The notes: generated from the sequence alone by a model not told the origin. Positions 47,268 through 59,882 are shown, counted from the first letter of the stretch. The stretch: 64,000 nucleotides of DNA from Squalus acanthias (GCA_030390025.1 CM059431.1:128528001-128592000); one strand, 5' to 3'. Program-made: numbers and translations.

Positions 47268-50200
47268 GCGGTTCACCTAGGAACCGCTCCCTTCACCATA
47301 CCGGAAGTTCCTGTTTCCGGCGCATGCGCAGTGCATGCAGGAAACCGGCACTTCGGGAATGAATACGGGTGAGTACGGACTGTGTACTCACCCGGGAACG
47401 GCCAAATTTTTGGGCCATTGTTTTTGTGTTGAACTTGGAACACCTAGAGAGACATAATTCTGTGTTGCAACCAGCTGAGGTGACTAAGAATTGCATAGAA
47501 GACCTTGGTAAAAATGCCATCAAATTGATGCACCTGCTGTTACACTGTTTTTGTGTTAAGCTTGAGACACCTACCCAGGAGACATAATTCTGCATTGCTA
47601 CCAGCTGAGGTGACTGTAAGAATAGCAGGGGTCAGCAGAAAAATGACTAGAGACAATTAGCTTACATCAGCAGAAAACTTCAAAGGAAATACCACTGAAA
47701 AAGGATATAAATATTGAACTTTCAAATGGGATGATAGTCTTGCTGTAAAGGGGCAAAGCGATTCTCAGGCTTCAGAGGCGGCTCTGTAAGTCTCCAACTC
47801 TTTGTACCTCGGGGATCAAGGTATTGTACTGTATTTGATTTTGGTGGATATCCTGGAATAAAGACTAAGAACTGTAAAAATGTAGCGAAGTTAAGATCTG
47901 ATAATAAGAATTGTAAGCTTTATCTTTTTGGAACTGTTAATGTTGCGTTTGAAACACCTACTGTAATTACATGTCAGTTCTTTAATAAATCTATATATTT
48001 TTAGAATTGTCTCACATAATACTTCTGTATCAAACTCGCGAACTCAATCTCTGTACGCTCTTTGGTGAGGAGTTGCAGAATTCTGGGGGAGTTTTCCGGA
48101 CCCTCATAATATCCGGAATGTTACAGTCTAGCTAAACTTATTAAAAGTGCTATCTGGAGGACGGTAACATCTTCAGATTGTTCCTTTCCTTTAGTGAGAG
48201 ATAGTCTGGACCTTTAGACCCAATTAAGCATCTTTAGGATTCAGCTACCTTAAACTTCAGTTGAAGGTGAATGTCTGGGGAATACGCCTGATCTGGGATA
48301 GCCCTAAAGGGGCTAGGACTAGTAATAACCCCTTCAGGGTCGCAGTATTTGTTAAAGAAACAATTACAGCTGTGAGGAGGGATGATATGTTAGAAGGATC
48401 ATCAAATGAGCCATATGGGTTGTACTGAAAAACAAAAAAGGGGCCATCACTCTGCTGGGAGTGTACTATAGAGTCCAAATAGTCATAGGAAATAGAAGAG
48501 CAAATATGTAAGCAAATTTCTGAGAAGTGCAAAAACAATAGGGCAGTAATAGTAGGGGATTTCAACTACTCTAATATCAACTGGGATAGAATCAGTGTAA
48601 AAGGGCGCAGAATTCTTAAAATGCATTCAGGAGAACTTTTTTAGCTAGTACGTAGCAAGCCCAACAAGAGAAGGGGGCAGATATGGACTTAGTTTTAGGG
48701 AATGAAGCTTTGCAGGTAGAAGGGGTATCAGTGGGAGAGCATTTTGGTGGTAGTGATCATAATTCAGTTAGATTAAGCGTAGTTATGGAAAAGGATAAAG
48801 ATAGAGCAGGAGTAAAATTTCTCAATTGGGGAAGGGTCAATTTTAGCAAAGTGGACTGAAAACAGCTACTTGAAAGTAAATCAGCGTCAGAGCAGTGGGA
48901 GGCATTCAAGTAGGAGATCGTGAATGTTCAGAGCAGATATGTTCCCACAAAGAAAAAGGGTAGGACTCTGAAATCTAGAGTACCCTGGATGTCAAGGAGC
49001 ATGCAGGGTAGGATAAGGAAAAAAAGGGAAGCTTTTGTCAGATACTGAGAGCTGAATACTGCAGAAAGCCTAGAGGAGTATAGAAAGTGCAGGGGTGAAA
49101 TTAAAAAGGAAATTAGGAAAGCAAAGAGAGAGCATGAAAAATATTAGCAATTAAAATCAAGGATAACCCAAAGATGTTTTATAAATACATAAAGAGCAAG
49201 AGGATAACTAAAGAAAGAGTAGGGCCTATTAGAGACCAAAAAGGTAACCTGTGTGTGGAGACGGAAGACATGGGTACGGTTCTTAATGAATACTTTGCGT
49301 CTGTCTTCACAAAAGAGAGCGATGATGCAGACATTGTAGTTAAGGAGGAGGAGTGTGAAATATTAGATGAGATAAACATAGTGAGAGCGGAAATATTAAG
49401 GGGTTTAGCATCTTTGAAAGTAGATAAATCACTAGGCCCAGATGAAATGTATCCCAGGTTGTTAAGAGAAGCAAGGGAGGAAATAGCGGAGGCTCTGACC
49501 ATCATTTTCCAATCCTCCCTGGCTACAGGCGTGGTGCCGGAGGACTGGAGGACTGCTAACGTTGTACCATTGTTTAAAAGGGGAGAAAGGGATAGACCGA
49601 ATAATTACAGTTAGCCTAACGTCGGTGGTGGTTAAATTATTGGAAACAATTCTGAGGGACAGTGTTAATTGTCATTTAGAAAGGCACAGATTAATCAAGG
49701 ACAGTCAGCATGAATATATTAAGGGAAGGTCCTGTCTGACTAACTTGATTGAATTTTTTGAGAAGGTAACAAGGAGGGTTGATGAGAGTACTGCGTTTGA
49801 TATAGTCAACATGGATTTTAGCAAGGCTTTTGACAAGGTCCCATATGGCAGACTGGTCAGAAAAGTAAAAGCCTGTGGGATCCAAGGAAAGTAGAAGGTT
49901 GGATCCAAAATTGACTCGGTGGCTGGAAGGCTGTTTCTAGTGGGTTTCGCAGGGCTCAGTACTGGGTCCCTTGCTTTTTGTGGTATATTTCAATGATTTA
50001 GACTTCAATGTAGGGGGCATGATTAAGTAGTTTGCAGATGATACAAAAATTGACCGTGTGGCTGATAGTGAGGAAGAAAGTTGTAGGCTGCAGGAAGATA
50101 TCAATGGACTGGTTAGGTGGGCAGAATAGTGGCAAATGGAATTCAATCCGGAGAAGTGTGAGGTAATGCATTTGGGGAGGGCTAACAAGGCAAGGGAATA

Positions 50201-51571
50201 CACAGTAAATGGTAGGACACTGAGAAGTGTAGAGGAACAGAGGGACCTTGGAGTGCATGTCCACAGATCCCTGAAGGTAGCAGGACAGGTAGATATGGTG
50301 GTTAAGAAGGCATACGGGATACTTTTCTTTATTAGCTAAGGCATCGAATATAAGAGCAGGGAGGTTATGCTATAACTGTATTAAACATTAATTAGGCCAC
50401 AGCTAGAGTACTGCGCACAGTTCTGGTCACCACGTTACAGGAAAGATGTGTTTGCACTAGAGAGGGTGCAGAGGAGATTTACGAGGATGTTGCTAGGACT
50501 GGGGAAATTTAGCTATGAGGAAAGATTGGATAGGCTGGGATTGTTTTCTTTGAAACAGAGGAGGCTGAGGGGAGACTTAATTGAGGTGTATAAAATTATG
50601 AGGGGCCTAGATAGAGTGGATAGGAAGGACCTTTTTCCCTTCGCAGATAGGTCAATAACCAGGGGGCATAGATTTAAAGTAATTGGTAGAAGTATTAGAG
50701 GAGAGTTGAGGAGATCTCTTCTCACCCAGAGGGTTGTGGGGGTCTAGAACTCACTGCCTGAAAGGGTGGTAGAGGCAGAAACCCTCATCACATTTAAAAA
50801 GTACTTGGATATGCACTTGAAGTGCCGTAACCTACAGGGCTATGGACAAAGAGCTGGAAAGTGGAATTAAGCTGGATAGCTCTTTTACGGCCGGCACAGA
50901 CACGATGGGCCAAATGACCTCCTTCTGTGCCATAAACTGTTATGATTGTATAATTTTATAGAACAATAGCCATAATTTTAGACATAATGTTCCTTTCCTG
51001 TTGTATGATATCACACATATCTTTCCTGTAAAACCCCTTCCCCTCACACAATGTAAAAAAGATTAAATACTCACCAGGTAGGTACTAAATAAAAATTGTT
51101 ATTGAGCAACAAAATGAAGTTTGTCGATGTTAAGAAAAAAACCAACACTGACCTATAACATACTTCAGCGTTTAATGTCTGCATAAACCTTGAGGTTTAA
51201 GATGCAATCAGGATTCCCTGATTGTGTTACAGCTTTGTAGAGCATCTCTAGGTACTTCTGATTTCACTGTAATGAATAAATGTCAGAATATGCTACTTCA
51301 GCAAGGACTGGGAATTCTTCATCTTGTGAATTTGATGGAGTTTGTATTCAGGGTTAATAGAATGATTTGTCCAACCAGGCAGCTGTATTGAATCCTCCTA
51401 CCATCTAGAAATGGTAAAATTTTAATACAGCTGTATTTGATATCTTAAAGCAATGTTTCTGTGCCAATTATGTCTGTGTTTTAGTCTGATTACTTAAATA
51501 ATGCAAACATTGGAGACTTAATTATTATGAAAATTGATGTAAACTCTCACTGGTTCTAACAGGAATATATT

Positions 51572-51988
51572 GGCCTAGAAATTGGAGTAGGCCGGAAAAC
51601 TGCTGGTAACAGCGCCGGCCAAGGCAAACGTAATATCTTGGTGCTGCCTGCTAATTAACATCAGCGGTGCAGAGAATTTGTGGTGTAACGTGCTCTTTCC
51701 AACGCTAAGCTCAGCAGGAGGCCGAAGGTCGCGTCTGTGTCCCACTTGCATTAAAGGAGAACGAGGAAGAAATGCGTGACCCTGTAGGCCATGTACGGAA
51801 CAGTTGCCGTATTTGTTACAGCAATTTACCTGCCACCCGCTCAACAATCAATGTTACAGCATTGCATTCAGCCTTTGTGGAGAAAGCTCTTGTTCAAAAT
51901 GCATCAAATTGACACAAGCAAAGCTCCGGAACCTGTCTATGGAAGTCATCTTTTAAATCAGCTCAGGCTCCGGCTCGCAAAATTTCTA
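51572..51988. mobile_element. Harbinger-type MITE or left end
   Basis: att|ggcctagaaatt start; partial inverted end aatttcta near 51981-51988. Confidence 0.5.
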
Positions 51989-52274
51989 CAGATGGAAGAA
52001 GAGTTCGGCAACTTGTTTATGCATTTGTGGGGAGTCTGTCGACTGCGCCGGGGAAGTCTGTGGTTTGATCGTACTTGGGGTTTTATGGGATCGGAGGAGA
52101 AGGGGGGAGGGTGGACAAACTTGCCTCTCACCTCTTTCTTACCTGCTTGTGTGAAAGAGTTTGTTTGCAGTACTTGTGATGAAAGGTTACTTTACACACT
52201 TTGGAGGTGTCATCTACACTTTAGAGGTTCAGAGTTCTGATCTGCACTTTGGAGCTCTGATCTATCATATCAGC

Positions 52275-53454
52275 ATGGGTGCCGCTTATGCTGTATTACT
52301 TTGGACCTCAGATGAGGACCAAAGTGACCACCAGTAGCACCAGTAGCTCCAGGAGCACCCGGAACACCAGCAACAGCAGCAGGAACAGCAGGACCTGCAC
52401 CTACTTTAGTCTGCTGTTCGCAGAACTGCAGCTCCCCAGGAGAGAGGGGAGCAGCAGAGAGGTGCAGCTCACAGGAGGCCGTACCTGGCACACAGGGTCT
52501 ACAGGCAGAGGATAAGCTTCCTCGACATGTCAGAACATCAGTGTCTCAGGAGGCTCAGGTGACGCGTCAGGTGGTGGCAGACATTCGCAGCCTTCTGGAA
52601 CAAGACCAGCTGCCAGATGGACTTGGTGGCCATGCATTACCAGTGGTTGTCAAAGTAACCACCACCCTCAACTTTTTTGCCTTTGGATCCTTCCAGGGCT
52701 CTGCCGGAGACATTTGCAGGATCTCGCAATCGACGGCCCTCAAATGCATAAGACAGGCCACTGATGGCTTCTTTGCCAGGGCCGGCAATTATGTCAACTT
52801 TGCCTGAGATGATGCCAGTCAGAATGAACGGGCGCTTAGGTTTGCGGGCTCTGACTGGCTTCCCACAGGTGCAGGGCATCATCGACTGCACGTATGTGGC
52901 AATTAAGGCACCCATAGATCACCCAGGAGTGCTTATCAACTGCAAGGACTTCCACTCCGTCAATGTGCAGCTGGTCCTGTGGCAGTCCACCCTCCCAAAC
53001 GTCTTCGCACCTGGAAGCAGGGATAGTGGCTGGCTGCTCGGAGATGAGATATCCATTTAAATGTGGCTGATGACAATTCTCAGAAACCCAAGGAATGAGG
53101 CACAGCAGCAGTGCAACAAATGCCACATGACCACCAGATGTGTCATTGAACAAGCCATCGGCATGCCGAAGATGCGCTTCAAGTGCCTGGACAGATCTGG
53201 AGGCGCCCTACAGTACGCACCAACCAGGTTTCCAGAATGGTCATGTTGTGCTGCGCTCTGCACAACATTGTGTAGCAGTGAGGTTTGGACGTGCAGGAGG
53301 AACAAGGCACCGAGTCTCCTCAGACAATTCCGAGGAGGCGAAGAAGGAGGGGGAGGAGGAGGAGGGGGATGAGGTAGAAGGTGCTGCAGGCAATGCACCA
53401 CCAGCGGCACACATTGTTGCCCGGGATGCATTCCTTATTGCAAGGTTCACTTAG
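52275..53454 (+). pseudogene. Harbinger (HARBI1-like) transposase, decayed
   Basis: [79 protein letters not shown]. Confidence 0.9.
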
Positions 53455-53759
53455 GTTCCACCAGTGCACCTATCTAACAACCACATGCAAAAGCCACTTT
53501 TGTTCCCCCTGACCTCTGAATGCCACTAACACAACGCAGTCGTGCAAACAACCAGGCCTCCCTTTCACAACTCCCCATTGCTCGACATCAATTCATGTCT
53601 TCCCATTCATCATCACACAACTGAAAAGGCCACTTGCCAGCAAGCAACAACGGGCAAGACACGAAAGTGGTGCAAAACAATCATATTTATGTGGCTCACA
53701 TATGCAACTGAAACTTATCATTCTAACAATGTGTAATTCACCCATGTGCATACCCCTGT

Positions 53760-55469
53760 GCAACTACAAAGCTTTACTCTTCCTTTTCTGACCACTTCTA
53801 TGAGGTGCAACCTCCTGTGGCATCAGCAGAGGTAGAGGCAGGTTGGTCAGATACCTGCCCTGACAGCTGAGATGCTCTTGGTCGATGTCCTCTGGGTTTT
53901 GGAGCCCATGAGGTCCCTGCCAAAGACTGCTCCACCTGCACCTGACATTCTGCCATCAGAACACGAGGCAGCATGTGGGGTACTGACTAAGTGGGGTGAA
54001 GGGGGGCAACAGATGAGAAGCGGAAGCGATTTGAGCCGAGTCCCCACTTCCATGTCCCCTTTCACCATCATCACTCTCATGACCCAGCCACACTTTCCTG
54101 CTAGCAATGAGTTGGAGAACACTTTGCTGCAGATCAGTGGGGCGCTGAATGGCCAAGGCTAGGGTATCGGTCATACTATTTAAGGTGGCATTCATAGTGT
54201 GCAAGCCATTGATGAATGCCTGCATGAACTTGTGGAATTGCCGTGTTTGATGCTCCATGCAGGTGGCCTCTCTTTCCATGGACAAAGACATCATCACAAA
54301 CACCTGCAACAGAATGCCATTCATACTTGAGACAGACTCTTCCAATCTCTCTGCAAGCATGCACAGTGCCTGCCAGTAAGCAGAGCTTGGAGCATCCTGC
54401 GCCCTCCGACGTGGACTTTCCACCATCTGCTCATGCTCACTTGTGATGTGTGAGTCGTCAGGTGAAAACCTAACTATCTGTCTTACTGGTCCCACCAAAG
54501 TGCGAGTATCTGAGCTGATGCATGGTCTGCCTGAGTACTGTGACGGTGCACCCTCAGAGGGATTGACCTCCTCTGAGGAGTCATCATCGTCGGCCAGCTG
54601 GACCACCTCCTGCGGAATGCATGAAGGCCCTGTGGGAGATAAAAGACATGATGAGTACTGTCAAGGTAAGAAGGTTTGACGATATCATTATGCACATGAT
54701 CATATTTCAATCATTGTAGATATTAAGTCAATATGAGTGAGTGTTGTATGCCATGTGGCTGTCTGATATTTAACTCCATCACCAAGTAGGTAGGAGGTCT
54801 TCATCTCCGACGGCCAGGCACACCGAGACTCCACTTATTTCCAGCACCTCCTCCTCTGCACTTGTTAGCTGTGAGATCTGTGGAGGGCCACCTCTGGTTC
54901 TCAGACTCTCCCTCGTGTTCTGTGCTCTCTTCTACTGTAAGGAGGGAAAGAAGAGACCTATGAGTGAGAGTTATGGCATATGTTGAATGGATGGATGGAA
55001 AGCATTTGTTGAGGCTGACTATGAGGGATAAGCATGACATTGCATAAGGATGAGGGTGAGTGTCAGTGGTGGATAGACAGATGGGGATGGGTGTACCTGC
55101 AAGGTAATTTGATGTGAGGAGGGATGTGCTGGAGTAGGCTTGAGGAGGCAAAGCGAGGGGGTTGGGGAAATATGCACATCAGGATGTAGGTGCATGTACC
55201 ATTGCTCTCACCTTTCTTGCCCTGCTTATGTCATTGAAATGCTTCCTACATTGTATCTAGGAGCGTGAAACCATGCTCTTGCTGCTAACCTCCTCCGTTA
55301 CCTCCAACCACGCCTTCTTGGTGTCCCCAGCTGGCTTCTTCCTTCTGTCGCTCGCAAACAGTATCTTCCTCCGGGTCCTCACAGCCCCCAGCAGCACATC
55401 CAGGAAGGTGTCACTGAACCGAGGTGCAGCCTTTGTCTTTGTTGACTCCAATATCCCACTTCCTTCCAT
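53760..55469 (-). pseudogene. Harbinger Myb/SANT-like gene, three exons (55469-55212, 54934-54783, 54629-about 53760)
   Basis: AAPRFSDTFLDVLLGAVRTRRKILF...KKAWLEVTEEVS...QCRKHFNDI; canonical GT/AG boundaries; in-frame stops. Confidence 0.82.
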
Positions 55470-56039
55470 TGGCTCCCAACTCCAAACTCCTTCAAATTGT
55501 TTGGAGTGTCCCTTTAAATACTGGAGTTGAAATCGCATCATGCAGGTTGTCACCATGCCCGCTGATGCTAATTGGTTGGGAAACCTGGAAATGATATTTT
55601 AATGCACCGGCTGTGTTAAAAAGCCACTGAGAGACATGCTTCACATACTTCCGGGTTTCCCACACATTCATGCCAGCCCCTAACCACCCCCCGCCCCCCC
55701 TACCCCCCTGCTGCCAGCACATCTGAACATTAAAATCCAGGCCCAAGATTCAGCCCTGTAATCTCATAGCTTCCAACTTCTTCATCAAGGATGTATTTGG
55801 CACTGTGCCAGGGCCTTCCAAAAATGATTAAAGCAATGTAACTGGGTTTCCTCTGAGTTTGTGATGCTCAAAAACTGTTCTATCTATTCCTCACAAGAAT
55901 AAAACCCAGCCTGCTCGTGTCTGATTATTACATGGTTTCCAGAGCATCAGATAGGTATGCTGTGACAACTCAAGAACTACCCTAACAGCCACTGATATCC
56001 ATGAGGTAGCTCAGTAGTTTTCAAACTCACTAGGTTTTA

Positions 56040-56770
56040 AAAAAAAAATTGTTCTCAGGATATAGGTGATTCTGGCAAGACTGTATTTATTGGCAGCTGT
56101 TAGTTACCATGAGTAGGTGGTGGAGGGACATCTCCTTGACCCATTGTATTCCTTGTGTCAATGGTGCTTCCACAATGGCATTAGTTGGGAATTCCAGGAT
56201 ATTGACGCAGCAAAAATAAAGGAATGATGGTATATGTCCAAGTCAGGATGGTGTATGAGTTGGAGAGCAATTTAGAGTCAACTCATTCTCATGATATTGC
56301 TTATCTCAGTAGTGGAGGTCACAGGGGAAGGAAGGAAGGAAGTAAGTTTGATGCCTTGCTGCAATGCATTCTGTAGATCATGCATACTGCAACTACAGTG
56401 TGCCCATGGTGGAATGGGGCGGATATTGGTTGCAGTGGTGGAAGCACCAATCAAGCAAACTGCTCTGTCCTGGATGAGGTGAGTGACTTGCACAAGTCTT
56501 CGGCACTATCGCGAGAATTTTGTCAGGGCCCATAGCCTTTGTCGAGTGCAGTCCACCACTACCAAATGTCATGTGGAGAGAATCAAATTGAATGGACGCT
56601 GGTATATATTAGAGTTGGGACCTCAGGAAAAGGCTGAGTAGGATCATCCACTTGGCAGTTTTGGCTGAAGACACCTGCAAACATGTTTGTGAATGGGATT
56701 GTTTAAGGAGCTTCCTCCTCCTGTTAGTTACCTGCTTGCCCACCATCATTCTCGACCAGATGCGGTAGGG
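56040..56770 (-). mobile_element. Old LINE 3' fragment (family of 12632-13270)
   Basis: Shared blocks ccaagtcaggatggtgt..., gcaccaatcaagc...gctctgtcctggat. Confidence 0.55.
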
Positions 56771-57559
56771 TTACAGGTCCGATTCCTTCATGATAGAAAC
56801 AACAACTACATTTTGGAATATCAAGGGTATTCATGACTCAAAAAGAATCATATTCACCAGCATCAGAAGTGCAGCTCCCAATCAAGCCAGTTATTCCTAG
56901 CACTGTTCTCCAATAGCATTACCACCCTCAACTAGAATTGCTTTTAGGAATGTGGCATAAATACCGTCCATGTTTGCTGTCCCAGCGTTAGCAACACAGT
57001 ACAGACTTCATTTGCTCCCAGTGGACTTGTTTATTAAGGCCTTTAATCTGTGCAGTACAATCACCAGCTTTTCCAATCTCCGTGCAGATGGATCCTTATT
57101 ATGGCATGTTGCTTCAAACAGCAACTCCGTATGGTGCTCACTCTAGATCCCAAGAATATCTTCATGGGTTTGCTGGAGAGAGCACCAGAACCTGTCAGTT
57201 ATTAGCACAAGCCCAGACTGTTGATAGACTTTGTGAAATGAAAATGATTTAGAATAATGCTTGTGTAATTGAATAGCTCCTGCTTTATGTCCCTAATAAC
57301 CTTCCTGGTCTCACAATGTACTACATCGTAATCTACCATTGCAGTGGCCCTTGATTGCTTTGGAAAGGTTTCAAATGATGCTTTAAAGGTTTTAAAGGTC
57401 ATTTGCTATCATCTAACCACCGTCCTTGCTTTACAGTTAGTTTAACAGGTTGCTGCATACTAAATGAGCAGCTACCAGGCATTAGCTCCAGTTTGTTTAT
57501 GACTTCAGCTGTAGAGGCTAAGAAATAATTCTCAACATTAGCTGCCGCTAATTACCATC

Positions 57560-58000
57560 TCTCAGCAATCACACAGAGATGGTCCAAAGCGTCTTCCTGA
57601 AGTGCCACAGGGGCTCTCACATTTTCCGCACCTGAAATGAAAGAGAGGGACGAGGGTTAGCTCATGGTGTGAAGGGAGAGCAAAGAAAGAAGTGACTGTT
57701 GAAAGCATCTGCAGTCTGTCATGCAGTGTGTAGGATAAAATAGAAGTAAGAAGGGAAAAAAAGGAAAAGGTGTGAGAAACCCTGCACAATGCTGCCTCCA
57801 GCATTGCCAGTTACCTTGACTCTTCGACTTCCCCTGGTGGTGAGCAGATTTTCCTCGAGAGGGGACCGTGTGTAAAGGTGGGCTCTGCCTCCTCCAGTAG
57901 CAGCCTCTTGTCTTTGTTTGTGGGTGACCTTATCCTGTAAGAAAGAAGAGATTGCTAGTGACATCCTTGTGAGGTGTCGAGAGAATGTGCCTGCCATGGT
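57560..58000 (-). mobile_element. Harbinger Myb gene exon-2 relic
   Basis: tcttacag acceptor then DKVTHKQRQEAATGGG..SPLEE, similar to exon 2 of H1/H2. Confidence 0.5.
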
Positions 58001-58857
58001 AGGATAGCTTGTCTGAAGTGTGTCAGCTGTGAGGTTTGGAGACGTGAGGGTTTGAATAGTGTGAGAGAAAATGCAGTGTGCATGGGTATGGGGAGAATGA
58101 GATGAGGTGAAGTGTGGTGCAGTGATTGCAGGAGATTGAAGGAAAGCAGGGCGGGGGCGTACTAGCTGCAGAGAGAAATTTACATCCCATTATTCTGGGC
58201 TAGATTTGAGCCCAAGTTTCAGAGGTGAAGAACAGTGTCAAACACATTGAGCTGCCCAGTACTAAATGAAGATGTAAATCCAGTCCACATCTTTTATAAA
58301 GTTCTTTTATATAATGGCATCTTCAATATAACACTGCAGCAGTTTTCCTTCAAATAAAGAATTTTGCCTTAATGCATGCTTAATTCCAGTTTTAATTAGG
58401 TTCTGGAACACATTCTTAACAAGGGTATTTATATGTCATGACTAATTTTGGGAACAAAAGCAGCTCAGGGCTGAAACTCTGTGTCCTCAGCTGAATCCTC
58501 ACTTTTCACAAAGATGGCAAAAAGGGACAAACCAGATTGTTCCAAAATAGATCAGTTATCTGCAGCTTTCAGCACTAGCAACATTACTCAGTTGGACAGA
58601 ATGAAGAAATGATTGCATAAGTGGCCTATCAGCACAACAGTTCAAAATTTGGACTCGTCATCTTTCCATTGAAAACACAGTATATAAAAGATTCATCATC
58701 TATTCAGTTTCTCGAGATCTGTAGGAAAATATTGCAGAAAGAATAACAATCCTGTTCAAAGCATATTTGAAAAAAAATCTTCAGCTCATGTTTGTCCACA
58801 ACTGGCCATGTGGATCGTTCAACTTTTCAGAAACTTTTCCACTGGTGAATTTATATT

Positions 58858-59600
58858 GGCCCAGAAATTAAAGACGGAGCCGTTCCTGCGGGGGTAAGGC
58901 TTCCCCGCGATATCTCACTGCGCGCCTACCTTTTCCCTCCGGGCCCACACGAACTTTAGTTTCAAGGCTGCAGCTGTGCAGTGCTTGCGTATCCCACAGA
59001 CGGAGTTAGTTCGTGCGAGCTCTGGGATCACGTGATTCAGTTAGAGCCAATGGCAGCACACCATCTTTCATTCATAGTTTTGACAGGAAGAGCTGTCAAA
59101 GCTATGAATCTATACCCCCCCAAAAGAACAGCTAAACCTCAATTAAATTAAAAAAAAAGCCATCACATTAATAAAATAAGTATAGTTAAATAAATTAACC
59201 ACTTTAAACAAAAAATTAAATTTTTGAAAAAATTTAAAATCTTTTTAAAAGTTATAAAAATAAACTTACCTTTCTTTAAAGTCTCTAAAAAAGATAAACC
59301 TGTTGAAAAAATTTAAAATAATACTTAATTAACTACTTACCTTGTTAAAAGAGGGTCTTACGCCTCCTTTCTTTATGTGCAAAATCTTCCATGCTTACCT
59401 GCGCGTTCAAAGCACTAAGTGCACTGCGTGCGCGCAGCCTGTAGCGCGCACGCGGTTCACTTAGGAACCGCCCCCTTTTGAGTTCACGAAGTGCCGGTTT
59501 CCCGCGCATGCGCAGTGCATGCTGGAAACCGACAATTGGAGACCTAAAACGCGAGAGTACACAGTGCGTACTCTCGCGTATTAGGTCTAATTTTCGGGCC
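58858..59600. mobile_element. Harbinger-type MITE, uninterrupted (743 bp)
   Basis: TIRs ggcccagaaatt / aattttcgggcc, ATT on both sides; GC-rich arms and AT-rich core as in 44444-47416. Confidence 0.9.
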
Positions 59601-59696
59601 ATTGTTTCTAATTAATGATTGCATGAATGTGCAAACTAAGTATGATTTTTCATCACCTGTGCTACAGCCAATGCTAGTATTGGAATATTGTGCCTA

Positions 59697-59882
59697 TCAC
59701 GGCCTCAGGACATCCCAAAGCACTTGTAGTCACTGCTGTAATGTAGGAAATGTGGCAGCCAATTTGCGCACAGCAAGGTCCCACAAACAGCAATGTGATA
59801 ATGGCTAGGTAATCTGGTTTTAGTGATGTTAGTCGAGGGATAAATGTGGGGCATGACACCAAGGAGAACTCCGCTGCTCTTC
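59697..59882 (-). mobile_element. DeuSINE 3' fragment
   Basis: cctcaggacatcccaaagc...cccacaaacagcaatgtgataatg. Confidence 0.75.

Larger units (their letters stand above)
44444..47416. mobile_element. Harbinger-type MITE (about 760 bp before the CR1 insertion)
   Basis: TIRs ggcctagaaatt / aatttttgggcc, ATT TSD; homologous to the uninterrupted copy at 58858-59600. Confidence 0.88.
44097..48336 (+). mobile_element. Solo LTR of about 1.26 kb, split by the MITE/CR1 insertion
   Basis: TG...CA termini (tgtgaag...ccttca) with GGGT on both sides (44093-44096, 48337-48340); internal direct repeats gagacataattctg...ccagctgaggtgact; tataaa at about 47706; aataaa at about 47857 and 47984. Confidence 0.72.
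42200..50947 (+). mobile_element. Near full-length CR1 (5'UTR, ORF1 zinc finger + esterase, ORF2), decayed, interrupted at 44097-48336
   Basis: ORF1 MAGHLSPVKCASCPMWE...IVIGDS; EN YLNANS...IIAITETWL; sequence resumes at 48337; RT motifs 49170-50750; tail at about 50900-50947. Confidence 0.9.
51990..55743 (+). mobile_element. Two-gene Harbinger transposon (H2), related to H1
   Basis: Transposase (+) and convergent Myb/SANT gene (-); right end aaaatccaggcc; left boundary uncertain. Confidence 0.82.

Noticed and set aside
52275..55469. Domesticated host HARBI1 / NAIF1 / MSANTD genes
   Set aside because: Multiple stops and frameshifts, several paralogous relics in the window, and TIR context indicate dead transposon copies.
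56780..57480. Possible host coding exon
   Set aside because: Stops occur in the frames I read; weak CANN and DGIYATFLK-like remnants suggest a very old LINE, too degraded to call.
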